The position numbers were made by a program, and so were the translations under genes. The notes beneath the pieces were generated by a model. That model searched no databases, was not told the DNA's origin, and saw nothing but the letters and a program-made list of their open reading frames with translations. Below are positions 1 to 11,299 of a stretch of DNA of 64,000 nucleotides, piece by piece; the stretch's first letter is position 1; every line of letters starts with the position of its first letter. Source of the stretch: Lingula anatina (Eukaryota > Animalia > Brachiopoda); the NCBI GenBank assembly GCA_051362555.1, contig CM120640.1, forward strand, positions 38,149,967 through 38,213,966, written 5' to 3'.

Positions 1-195
1 GAGTGTGGCGAGCACAGCCACTACCTGCCAGTAGGGTCAGCCTGCCCAGCCACCTGTTCAGACCTGTACGCAGCAGAGAAGTGTACGGAGCCACCAGTGG
101 AGGGTTGTTTCTGTGACCCAGGCTATGTGTTCAGTGACTCCCAGTGTGTGCCAAAGGAAGAGTGTGGCTGCCTGAACATGGGAAGATACCATGAG
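1..195 (+). CDS. Exon (5'-truncated by window) of zonadhesin/FCGBP/mucin-like protein: TIL domain
   Basis: Frame 1 reads ECGEHSHYLPVGSACPATCSDLYAAEKCTEPPVEGCFCDPGYVFSDSQCVPKEECGCLNMGRYHE (TIL cysteine pattern); donor GAG|GTGAGT at 195/196, phase 0. Confidence 0.93.
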
Positions 196-213
196 GTGAG
201 TGTAGATATTAAA

Positions 214-249
<36 letters not shown>
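214..249. repeat. (ATT)n microsatellite in intron
   Basis: Directly visible, about 12 units. Confidence 0.95.
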
Positions 250-609
250 GAGATCAATTGAATTTTACAGATGATGTGCTCAGATATTTTGATAGGGCAG
301 TTAGCTTTTTTATCAAGCTTATTTTAGTTGACTTTGGTCAGGAGACATGATTATGGTTCACATAATACTGTAATTTTTCCATTGTTTTGCATGTATGAAA
401 AACAAGAAACTTGTACTAATTGCTGTTGAAAAAGAAATAGCTCTTACAAAGGTTAAAGGTATTAGATTTAGTACAATTAAAGCATTCTGTCACATATTTA
501 AGGGGTTTTAAACTGCAACGGAGATTGAAGCCTGAAAATTTGTAACATGCAACCTTCAACCATGCACAAGTGATTGAATTATTATTCTTTTTTAAAACTC
601 ATATCTCAG

Positions 610-784
610 ATTGGAGAAGTTTGGCTAAGCTATGACTGTTCAAAGATATACGAGTGTAACTCCACTGGAAACATTGTGACCACCTACAAGAACTGCAGTC
701 AGTACGCCAGCTGCAAGAAGATAGAAGGAGAGCGCCACTGTATCTGCAGACCACCTTATGTTGGAGATGGATACACATGTGAAG
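610..784 (+). CDS. Exon: TILa-like plus EGF-like segment
   Basis: Acceptor ctcag|ATT; IGEVWLSYDCSKIYEC...HCICRPPYVGDGYTCE; donor G|GTACC; phase 0 to 1, compatible with neighbours. Confidence 0.9.
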
Positions 785-1231
785 GTACCAAGGAGATTGG
801 TTGTTACTCATTTACAATTCATAGATTTAGTTGATCTAAATTTTTGACTGAATTACTGGCAAAGCACTGTTTTGCCACTTCAGACTTGATATTTATTGAT
901 ATATGTCAGATGCTCAAAGAAAATGTATCTTGAGGTTTCCGGGATGGTGTATCAGAATGACATGACAAAATATTCCCCCCCCCCCCCCCCCCAAAAAAAA
1001 ATGTAATATATATATATATATATATATAAGAAAAAGTTGAATTGTAATTTATGAAAACAGTTTAGTAAATAATTTTCAAAGGATTTTACCAGTTGTTATA
1101 CATTTTCTTTTGATTTAATTTTTGAGATTTGGAATTTAGGTTACAAAATTAAAAAAAAAAAAAAAGAATGCACAGTTGGAGTAGATTCAAATTATTTGTT
1201 CATACATTAAATATAAAATCTTAATTCTTAG

Positions 1232-1345
1232 TTGAAGATGTCTGTGCTGGTAAGGTATGTAATAATGGTGGACAGTGTAAGGAAAAGGACGGAATAGCTG
1301 TCTGTGTCTGCCCAAGAGGCTTCACAGGACTCTCATGCGAGCAGA
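1232..1345 (+). CDS. Exon: EGF domain
   Basis: Acceptor ttcttag|; VEDVCAGKVCNNGGQCKEKDGIAVCVCPRGFTGLSCEQ (6-Cys EGF); donor |gtaagt; phase 1-1 module. Confidence 0.92.
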
Positions 1346-1658
1346 GTAAGTATATTTTTAGATATCTTTTCAATAAATTTTGCTTTGTTTTACTGTTGTC
1401 TTATGGTAAATCACTTCATTTTGCAGTTTACATGATTGATATTAGTTTGACCAGTCTGAAATGATGGGTGCCTGTTTTGTGTCACATTTTTTGCCCCTAC
1501 TGGTTTATTTTAGCAGCTGGCAGATCATTTCAAATAACTATTATAAAATTCAAATGTCTAAGTGATATACAAATGTTGTTTTTTACCATGGGTAGTTCAG
1601 AAAAAATTACCTTTCTTGATTGAATTTTTTAAAATATAATTTCAATGGCATTTTTTAG

Positions 1659-1772
1659 ATATTGATGAGTGTGTCGGAGTTGTATGCTATAATGGCGGAA
1701 GATGCATTGATAAAGTGAATGACTATTATTGCAAGTGTGCATCAGGATACAGTGGTAGACACTGTGAGATAT
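1659..1772 (+). CDS. Exon: calcium-binding EGF domain
   Basis: Acceptor ttttttag|; [38 protein letters not shown] (cbEGF consensus); donor |gtaagt; phase 1-1. Confidence 0.94.
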
Positions 1773-2197
1773 GTAAGTTAACCAGGCAGACATTGATAAA
1801 TCATTATTTTCTACGACTTAGTTATATTTTCTCTCTTTGCATTTAAATCTACTGGGAAGTGTATGTTTGATCAGTTGTTGCTCAACTCGTCCAAAGATTG
1901 GGTTCATTTTGTTCTCTTACTCTTCAGCTTTATTTTTTCTTTTCTTGTGCCTTCTGTTGTTCATTGTTGTATAGGCTATTTTGCTGAATTTATTCATGAT
2001 CCAAGTTTCTGTACATATTCCTATAGGTTTCCAGCATAAAATGACAGGAACATGATCATCCTAGAATTCAAATGTAATATGCAAAACTGAATTTCTTAAA
2101 AAGAGCAGTGCTTTGTAAATCATAATGAACAATGACTAATTTTACAGCGAAGAACTTTTTATCTTTTATAAACCACATCTTCCTGATTATTTTATAG

Positions 2198-2472
2198 CTA
2201 CTGTGTCCTCTGACGCTCCCTGCCAATGCCACGTCTTTGGAGATCCCCACATTACAAGTCACGACGGCCAAACCATTCACTTCCATGGCACATGTACGTA
2301 TATGCTGTCCAGCTTCAGGCCATGGGAAGGATGTGAGCCAGTATTGAAGAGCTTTAGGGTAAAAGGAAAGAATACAGCTGAAGGCAAGGATGGAGAGGGA
2401 TCCACCACAGATGTGATCACAGTGGAAGTTTATAGCTACATTATCCAAATCAACAGGGAAGGACAAGTTACT
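2198..2472 (+). CDS. Exon: N-terminal half of VWD domain with GDPH motif
   Basis: Acceptor tttatag|; CHVFGDPHITSHDGQTIHFHGTCTYMLS...VITVEVYSYIIQINREGQVT; donor |gtgagt, phase 0. Confidence 0.94.
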
Positions 2473-2584
2473 GTGAGTTGATATATACATGTTCTCTATA
2501 TAAAGATCTGAATCTTGTCTGGGCATTGTGCACTACTATACATATAGATTGCAAACTTGCACAGAACAGATATCAATGTGAATT

Positions 2585-2820
2585 CCCATGATAGGAAAAT
2601 GAAAAGTTTGCAGCTATATTGCAGCAAATTTGCTGCAACCAGTTTGCAGTTGGCAAGAAAAATTTGTATTGCTGCTAAGCAAGTTTGCAAGAAAGATTTT
2701 ATGTTCTATCAGATTTGCAGCCAGCATATTTGCAAAAATATCTTATGTTTGCAGTAAGATTGCAAGAAAGCATTCATGTTATTGCAAATTTGCAGGGAAT
2801 GCAGTAAATTTGCAATAATT
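2585..2820. repeat. Degenerate TTGCAG-rich short-period repeat, probable MITE remnant in intron
   Basis: Many recurrences of (T)TTGCA(G/A); begins with CCC like the MITE at 24210; no intact right TIR found. Confidence 0.45.
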
Positions 2821-3036
2821 TTGACTCTGAGACTCACGCAATCGTTTTCATTAATTTTTAAGTATTTGTATTAGGAGGGTGTATGAAATAATTCATTAGG
2901 CAATTTTTGAACTGTGTCAAGAATACATGTATAATGGAATTTTTGATAATTAGTGTGTTAGATGTATAAATGTTATTCTTTTAAAAAACTCCTGTGTATA
3001 AGTTTAGAGAGTTATGTTATGTTATTCATGTTTCAG

Positions 3037-3353
3037 GTAAATGGACACTCTGTCAGAGTTCCCCTGAAGATTAGAGGCAGGGTGAAAATTGAATACTGTG
3101 GAAGGAAAACTGTCAAAGTTTCAACTGATTTTGGATTGGTTGTCAGGTTTGGCTACGATGAAAAGGCCTTCATCAAGGTACCAGCGGTATACCGTGGCTA
3201 TTTACGTGGTATCTGTGGAAATTGCAATGGTGACCATAGCGATGATTACACGCTTAGAAATGGCACTGATGTGAGCAATGTGCAGCCAGATTATCTTCGC
3301 GACAACCTTCTTGGGCAGAGCTTTGAAGTTGAAGATTACACAGGAAGCTCCAG
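3037..3353 (+). CDS. Exon: C-terminal half of VWD domain
   Basis: Acceptor tttcag|; VNGHSVRVP...TDFGLVVRF...IKVPAVYRGYLRGICGNCNGDHSDDY (VWD GLCGN-type motif); donor AG|gtataa, phase 2. Confidence 0.93.
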
Positions 3354-4253
3354 GTATAACTCAATTTTTGCTTTAATTTCAAAAAATATAAAGCCCATTA
3401 ATTTTATCAGGTATATTTGTGTTATGGTTTAGCTGCATTTGGATTGACGTAACATTTTTTTTTTAATCGAACTTAATGGAACCTTTATTGCAACTAATCC
3501 CTATTTAAAACGATCACCGTAATAAGTGGTGGTTGCATTGACTAAAGTGTGATCACTTAACGGTATCAAGAACCTCTTGAAAATTCTGTAAACTTGATTT
3601 TACTGTCACATCATTACACCCAGCACATACAACATATTCTGATCATCCATATTCACATATCCACTCAATGCAATCAAACTATATATGGGCTCTACACTAT
3701 AATTTAGCTTTACACTAAATTATAGATGCAAAGAGAATACATTGATTTATAAAACTTTAATTTGTTGAGGATAAAAACATGGTAAATACAAAATCTATCC
3801 TCCCCACAAGGCTAGTAAAAGTACACAAACAACTATTAAATAACTATTAAATTTCGTATGAAAATATTGGTCAGTTTTGAATGACATATATTTGTGCATG
3901 CCTACTCAGTTAAGCTAGTGACATGCAACTAATGTAGACAGCCTAAATTATACTGTACACGGTTCTGAAGAAAGTGTAAAATAAGAAATGTAAATATTAC
4001 AAAGAATGTATGCACAAAGTAAAAAATGACCCAAACCGTATACCTATACAATGAGACAAGGTGTGTATAGAAGTTATATATAAGAGTGTACATTTTTCTT
4101 TTGTATCTCATATATAATGTTTCCATATGTCAAGTAAGTATTAGATGATGAAACTTGCAGTGACTGATGCAACAATAGAACAAAATGCAAATAGAACTAA
4201 ACTTCCACTCTGTCATCAATATAGATCAAGGATATCCTCTCTTATTTTATCAG

Positions 4254-4546
4254 ATGCACCTCAAGACCTGTCAGCGACTCGTGCACCGATAAAAAGAGAG
4301 ATATATACTCCAAGAAACACTTCTGTGGCTTGATCAAGAAGTCATCGGGTCCTTTCAAAGCCTGTATTAAGAGTGGTAAAATTGATGTAGAAGGTCTTTA
4401 TCAGGCCTGTTTACAAGATGCCTGTTCGAAGTATCCTTCCCATAAAGTTGCCAAGAAGGCTGCATGTGCTGTCTTAGAAGATATGGTCTTGCGGTGCGAT
4501 AATGCAGGCTACCCTATCAAAAAATGGAGAAAAAAATGCAAATGCA
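4254..4546 (+). CDS. Exon: C8 domain
   Basis: Acceptor ttttatcag|; CGLIKKSSGPFKAC...YQACLQDAC...ACAVLEDMVLRCDNAGYPIKKWRKKCKC (C8 pattern); donor |gtaagt; phase 2 to 1. Confidence 0.92.
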
Positions 4547-4809
4547 GTAAGTTGATTTGAAAATTCCATAAGATTACATCAAAAGCTAAATATACTATAA
4601 TAAAGAAAGTAATGAACAACTATTAAGCTTGTTGCATTTTAAAAGTAGTGTTTTAAGTAGGTCAAATAAATCAGTTGAATAGTGTATCATTTATTCATAT
4701 CACAAACACTTGTGTATGGTGCATACACATATGGTCACACACACACTTAACCCTTGTTATTTCTTTTTTTAAATAACCTTGTTAAACTTATGTTAAATAA
4801 TTCCTTTAG

Positions 4810-5012
4810 CAATATCATGCGGTGACAAACAGTACTATTATGAATCTGCCCCTGCTCGTGCTATCCAATGTGGTGCCTCCGAAGTTCCCGAAGATCGTCT
4901 GCACTCTGCAGGCTGCTACTGTAAGCCTGGCTATGTATTTTATGGAGACAAATGTGTCAAGCAGAAGAAGTGTCCTTATGTTTGCAGAGACAGATATGGT
5001 AACATGCATAAC
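4810..5012 (+). CDS. Exon: degenerate TIL domain
   Basis: Acceptor cctttag|; TISCGDKQYYYESAPARAIQCG...AGCYCKPGYVFYGDKCVKQKKCPYVCRDRYGNMHN; donor |gtacgt; phase 1 to 0. The ORF track shows the wrong frame here. Confidence 0.88.
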
Positions 5013-5045
5013 GTACGTATTACTTTATAATTTTTTTTTTGCTCG

Positions 5046-5470
5046 AGGCTTATACAATCTTGAAATCAGTTGAATTGTGGCCTTGAAACATACTTAAAAT
5101 TGCTATTTGCCTTGAAAAGGGCTTGCATTCCATCATTTTTGTCACAGAAAAGTACATGAATTTTATTACAAAACAATTTGTCAAAAAGATCATTTTATAT
5201 CTTGTAGTTTTAAAGTTGGATATCGATAAAAATTTGCAGAAGGGGAGAATACACTTTTTGGCCATTATTCTTTCGTGTAACACATCAATGTGTAAAAATA
5301 TAAAGTGTTTATGAAATAATAATTACCTTTTTTCCTTTGGTTTGTGCACTTATAAAACAGTACATTGCCTTCATTTGCATTCAAAAAGTCCTTGCAAAGT
5401 ATGTGAATCAGCGCCCCATGTGTCTTTGAAAGTCCTTTAATTTGTTCTTAATGTTCTTCTATGAACTTTG
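5046..5470. mobile_element. Decayed hAT-like MITE in intron
   Basis: CCTTGAAA/GTCCTT-type subterminal repeats at both ends (5085-5140, 5385-5450) and degenerate ends gaggcttataca...tctatgaactttg. Confidence 0.3.
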
Positions 5471-5670
5471 CAGATTCATCGTTAACTCTCCTAAATCTCC
5501 AGTCAGATTTTACAAAAATCAAGTGATAACAAGGTTCCATCAATTTACCTGAAATGGCTGATAAAAGTCATAGTTTGATTGAGAAATAGTATAAGTATTT
5601 ATGCAAGTAACTCTCTGGCATTTTAAATCATTGGAATGATAATAATGAATGGTGATTTTCTTAATGATAG

Positions 5671-5842
5671 GATGGTGATTCCTGGTCTGACCAAAATTGC
5701 ACTGTGAGGTTTACATGTGGGAAGCTCAAGGATAAACCATGGATTTTTAAGAAGAATATCAGTTGCAGCCATGAGTTTGAAGTTTGCAGTGAGGTGGATG
5801 GCGTAAGAGACTGTCGCTGCCAACCTGGAAAGATATGCAAAC
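5671..5842 (+). CDS. Exon: TILa-like segment
   Basis: Acceptor gatag|; DGDSWSDQNCTVRFTC...SCSHEFEVCSEVDGVRDCRCQPGKICK, paralogous to exon 610-784; donor |gtaagt; phase 0 to 1. Confidence 0.87.
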
Positions 5843-6008
5843 GTAAGTTTAGTATTAAATTTCCTCTTCTTTGGACATTCCAGTGATAAATGTCTAGTAA
5901 TATTGGAACGAGGAAACTGATCAGATCTATACAGATTTTGACTCCTGCTATATTATTATTTTATCTTTAATTTATCGAATTTTATGATGCCTGTCATTTT
6001 TATTTCAG

Positions 6009-6451
6009 CAATTTCAGCAACCTTTACTGTTCCCGAGACGCCTTGCCTGTGCAATCAAACGAATCCTGAGGTCTCCAATCTCACTGTAACCTACAGCACA
6101 GGAACACCAAAGAGTTTGAAGAGTGCTTTACAAGTCATCAGTCAAATTAAGCAGAAATGGTCTAAGCTTTGCAAACCGGTGTCAAAGGGTGAAAGCAAGT
6201 ATTCCAAGCCTTCCAAGGACTGGTATGATGTTAGTCAGTATGGGCAATATATAAAAGGTCCAAAAGCATCAAAGTCTTCAAGGTACTATGCCCCACGCCG
6301 CAGCATGTCATCGAAGAAATCACCCCTTGATGATAGGGATATGGATTGCAAGTGTTCTGGTGGCTCCAAGACAAGTGCCTATAGCAGGTTCTGGTACTTG
6401 CATACTGGGTCTTCAAACCCTTGGTATAGAAAGTACAAACCAGCAGCTTAA
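6009..6451 (+). CDS. Terminal exon: basic Lys/Ser/Tyr-rich C-terminal tail, stop TAA
   Basis: Acceptor tatttcag| in phase 1; open frame of about 147 codons to TAA at 6449-6451; AATAAA follows about 205 bp later. Confidence 0.82.
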
Positions 6452-6656
6452 TCTGGAAGTAAAAAGAAAAAACAGCCATAAGTCCATGCATTAAAATCAT
6501 GTTGAAGTCTCTTTTTGGAAATTAGAAAAATGACAATTGCAATTATCAGAGAAGGCGCAATTAACTTTGAGTGTGCATTTTTTATGAACTGATACTTCCA
6601 TGTGAACAAAAACTCTGAAAAGATTTCCACATTTTGTATTTTTGGCAATAATGAGA

Positions 6657-6662
6657 AATAAA
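6657..6662 (+). terminator. Putative polyadenylation signal
   Basis: AATAAA downstream of the stop, followed by a T-rich tract at about 6695-6740. Confidence 0.55.
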
Positions 6663-7152
6663 TGAACATTCATTGATTAATTATTATTATTATTAATTTT
6701 TGTTTATTTATTTATTATTTTTTTCTATTTTTTGTCTATTTCTACTTGAGGGTGCTTACCCAAATGTGGCAGATTTCCCAAGTTTTGGGGTAAAAGCACA
6801 ATGTTGTTATTTTGGGTCTTTATGAGGTAATGTGATTTTGTCAGCATATTAGTTAAATGAACAACTTTGTCTGGATGCCCCACTCCTGCCTCAAATGAGA
6901 TTTTAAAAGCAAACATCAACATCTATAAAGACGGGTTTTAATGCTTATTTTGAACACATTTCACATAAATCTGATGATTTGGGCTGATTCTGATAGCTCC
7001 AGAAATGACAATTTCTAACGACCTTAGTTAATTTCAGCGAATCAAGTGCAAGTCAAGACCATTTTGACAGGTACTTGGCTGTAAAACATCATTTAAAGCC
7101 AATCCAGTACTTGTGATAAGAGGCTGTCAGAACGTCACCTTTGTCTTGGCAT

Positions 7153-7154
<2 letters not shown>

Positions 7155-7191
<37 letters not shown>

Positions 7192-8790
7192 TTTATTTAT
7201 AGTCTAAAATCCATATATAAAATGTTCAGTTGACTTTACATGGGTAAAATGAACAGAATCAGATGACTAAAATAAATGAAAAGGTAGTTAAAATAATAAG
7301 ATAATGAACTAAAGATGTGAACTAAAATGTAATTGAATTGATAATATATCAAAAATAAACTGTACAGTGTTAAAGACAACAGCCAGTCAAATCAATTGTA
7401 AAACTTTTTGAAGATATAAGTTTTTAATTCTCTTTTAAAATTGTCCTCAGACTCTATTGTTTTCTATTAAATAGGGAGATCGTTCCACTCAATTGGCCCA
7501 TAGACCTGCAGCGCAACATCACCGTACGCTCTTTATCTGGAATTACAACGCTTTAATAAAAGCTGATCGAATGGTCTTAAAGCACGTTTTGGCACATAGC
7601 GTTGGACTAGTTTTTGTAAATAGGGGGATGCTGATTGGTAAAAAATGGCATGCATGTTAAAATTTTGAATAAAATGCGTGCTCTGACGGGGAGCCAGTGT
7701 AACTGCTTTAAAATGGGTGTGATATGTTCCTCCCTGGCTGTTCGGGTTAAAAGACGTGCTGAAATATTCTGAATTCGCTGCAGTTTTTTATTCATTTGTC
7801 GGTACAGTCATAGAGTTGCAGTAGTCTAAACGAGAGGTGATCATAGCATGAATAACTGTTGCCGTAGAAGATTGATCCAGGTAGCAATATGCAAATAGCA
7901 CCGATGCACCAAATAGCACCGATGTTTCTAATGTTAAAAATACATGATTTAGTGATATTTGATATTTGTCTATCCATGGAGAGAGTGGAGTCAAAGTAGA
8001 CACCCAGGTTTTTCACGTGTGGTAATGGGTTCACAACACTGGTGCCTACTGGTAATTCAAGTTGTAGATTTAGGGCGTATTCCCATAGATTTGAGATCGA
8101 TCTATCCCCGTGGGGAGTCTCAGTAGATTACTGTCAGATAATCCGGCTTAAATGTCCGTCCCGCCTACTACAAGCTGTAAGGGGGTAATTAACTCTCGTG
8201 CCCGCTCGGCTGACAGCTATTTAGCGTGAACCCCCAGGGAGGTAGGTCGATCTAGTTTGGATCGATCTAATCTCTGGGAATGGGGTCTTAGAGCAAGTTG
8301 CTTGTTATGTGGCTGCGTGATTAATAAAAACTCTGTCTTTCCGTCTTTTATTTTCAGTTTGTTGTTGATGAGCCAGGCGCGAATATCAGCCACACAGTTG
8401 GTAATTTGATCCATAGATGGTTTAGGATTTTGTATGTCACAGCAGGTATAGATCTGAGTATCATCAGTATACATGTGGTATCCAAGTTTGTGATGACGTA
8501 AGATGGCACTGAGTGGCAGGGTATAAATGCAAAACAAAAGTGACCCAAGGACACTGCCTTGAGGCACCCCAAAAACAATTTGTGAAAGGTCGGACAGAAT
8601 GCCATTTACTGAAATTTGCTTTGACCTCCCACTGAGGTATGATCGAAGAAACGCAATGGCTTTATCCCTGACACCAACACTATCCTCAAGGAAAAGTTAA
8701 TAATGTACTGTGATCAACGGTATCGAAGGCGACTGAAAGTTCTAGTAATATAAGTAGCATAGCAGATTTGGGGTTGTTGTCACTGATTAG
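7155..8790 (-). mobile_element. 5'-truncated, decayed CR1-group (L2/Crack-like) LINE: RT and C-terminal region with (ATT)n tail
   Basis: Minus-strand peptides LLILLELSVAFDTVDH, VPQGSVLGSLLF, YTDDTQIY, KNLGVYFDSTLSM, SRLDYCNS, HITPILKQLHWLPVRARILFKIL; frameshifts; simple-repeat tail at 7155-7197. Confidence 0.92.
8073..8287. mobile_element. PIF/Harbinger-type MITE (family A, 215 bp) inserted in the LINE RT
   Basis: Imperfect ~30-bp TIRs (gggcgtattcccatagatt / aatctctgggaatggggtc), TTA TSD at 8070-8072 and 8288-8290; removal restores the RT frame (KQLAL|NLQLELPVG); second copy at 21821-22035. Confidence 0.92.
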
Positions 8791-10459
8791 TACCTACCCC
8801 GGTGTAATAGGTGAATAAGTGTGATCAAATGTGTGGAATTTCATGTCAGATGGACACATAAACGTATAAAAATTGTCACAATATTTTAAAAAAGATACAT
8901 CTTTGCACAGCAGTCGTGGATCGGTACGGTTCAGTTGTCAGTTGCGAACTACTTCCTGGTTTTCACAAGGTCCTTCAAAGACTAAAACGTCGTTATAATT
9001 GCAGCACATACCATAAAACACACAAAAATACTTAGATATGGGCATAACAGATTGCATACATGCAAAAAATCCACATGACAACGATTAATAGCCTCCCGGC
9101 AATTCTTTTCCCTTGACGCTCTTTGTCGCGCTGGCGGTTGATGCAGCATATATTTCAAAACAAATTGACTGCAAATTAGGCACGATTTTTCACCCTTAAC
9201 ACCCGTGACACGTTTTCATACCATGCTTCTATTATTTCTACAAGTATTCTCTCCTCCAAATGCATAAAGATAAATTGTTGACTTACCGTGTTGTTACCAA
9301 AAACTGCTTTTTTTCTCCGAGTCCACGTCCACGTTCACCTCAAGCTAAAAATGACCACTCAGCTTGGCGTCAAATTGCACAAGTTCTTCTTTATTTGTTG
9401 ATTTATTTTACTTAAAGTATGTTTTTAACAGAAGAAAGCAAACACGCCATAATTTTTTCTTAACACGCAACTCAATTCTTTAAAGAAAAAAAAAAACAGT
9501 GTTTAAGCGGTAAATGCCGAAACGCCTTTTTTAATTCAGAACGTGGATGGAACGGTTCAATTTTAACATTTAATAAATTTATTGAATTAATATTCATTAA
9601 AATTAAATCAAATATAGTAACGATGCAAGATGATTAGTAATGTAAGATTTATGTCGCATACTCGCTTGTCAGACTACATGTAAGATGATCTCACGACATA
9701 CTCGGGTATGGCTGTTTAGATGTAGGGGGTAGAGGCACTATTTCAATGCAGTCGAAGGCAAAAATCGAAAGGAGGTCGATGGCATTTAGTATTACATGGT
9801 CCATTTCTCAGTAAAGAATACTAAATAAAAAAATTCTACATACTTCAGGATGGCTCACTGCCGTTTTCGTCCACACATAGGCAACCAGTAATTCGGACTC
9901 TACTAGCGATAATGTAAACACACCTTGAATGCCCATTTATAAATTTACTTTTCTAGTTAAACTTAACAATGTGTATTAATCTTGTGTGAAAAAAAAAGCA
10001 TTCCACTGTGATTTGCGACCGCGTCCATGTGCACCAATGCAGGCCTATTCCATTTATGGAGATGGTCACAGAATCAGCAAAATGGAAACGCAACTGGTGC
10101 AAGTTTCGAAATAAAATGTTTGCCAAATGTTTATAATATCTAGAGCTTTTGTTGTTTAAAACATGTTTGAATAAAAGGTAGGAAAAACGAAAAAAAAAAA
10201 AAAAAAAACAGTAGGAAGCAAGCTGGTAGGCAGTAAGTGAAAGCCTGGTCCGAACACTGAATTTCTATCTGAACTGGCTCAGCCGAATTGGACTGAATAA
10301 CCATGTATTTTTCACACCCCCTAATTTCATTTCCACAACGATCCGTGAATGAGGTTAAAAAGCAATAACATACTTGTGTGACAGGACAAAATGCTTTGTT
10401 TATTACGCACACTTTATCTTATCAAATGAAGCGTGCATTTTAAAAACCATGAAAATTAG

Positions 10460-10790
10460 AGGATCAGAGAGGCGATACCGCATGATGCCGGGGACATTTA
10501 ATGATTCATAGACAATGTTAGTAACTTCAAGTAAATGGAGCAGTTAAATTGGTAACGAAAACGTCAAGGGGGGGGGGGGGTCGCTTAGGAGGGAGATAGA
10601 GAGGTTTTTGCAAACGCAGCCAGAAAGGCTGGAAAACCCGTGGAGAGTAATCAAAGAACATATACCACTTTCTTTTTTATCTGCGAATGAATCCGAGCGC
10701 CTTAAATCGGAATTGGAGGTTTTACGTCAAGCATCGTTCGAGACGTTGCTAGAATTTAATAGAAGGTTTAGGGAGGCGGCAACCAATTGA
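10460..10790 (+). pseudogene. Ty3/Gypsy-like gag fragment
   Basis: LRREIERFL...PWRVIKEHI..SFLSANESERLKSELEVLRQASFETLLEFNRRFREAA resembles the retrotransposon gag W..IK..F / L.Q...E....F..RF pattern; no LTR or pol nearby. Confidence 0.55.
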
Positions 10791-11068
10791 CCTCGGTGGA
10801 CACAAATTAATTAGATAACTGGCATTTGTGTCATCGGTTGCGCATTTAAGCTTTAAACTTAAGTTTTATGAATATATTAACGTGTAGGGCCAGACAGTAA
10901 TCAGTGTTACGCCGACGACCACCACCTGATCTATTGAATATAACGCGTGGAGTAGTAACGAACCCTTAGAAATAATTTGAGAAATAAGCAAACCTGACTT
11001 TATCGTGTGTACGGGAGTTCGATTTTCTCAAAAATAAAAATTTACATTATATTTTGAAAATTCAGTCT

Positions 11069-11099
<31 letters not shown>

Positions 11100-11158
11100 G
11101 GGGGGGGGCGGGCCGACCCCCCCCCCCCCCCACCCAGCCACCCTAAATTCACCACTGA
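11069..11158. repeat. G30 run followed by C15 run and a CAGTGG-type MITE terminus
   Basis: G-run 11069-11098, C-run 11117-11131, then ctaaattcaccactg (reverse complement cagtggtgaatttag). Confidence 0.55.
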
Positions 11159-11299
11159 CACTAATCTTTTGACTTGAACCACCTTAACTGCGTCACGTCC
11201 AGCTCGATGTAGCGAGTCAATAGAAATATAATTTCAATCGGTTGACGAGAGAAATTAAAGTGAAATTAATTTCTCTCTGTTTAGGACACGCCAGAAGAG

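Noticed and set aside
2068-2526. 152-aa minus-strand ORF and other short ORFs over introns
   Set aside because: Antisense shadow of the VWD exon or AT-rich intronic noise; no domain features.
8800-10440. Host gene exons or promoter
   Set aside because: Isolated splice-like motifs only; no consistent reading frame or identifiable family.
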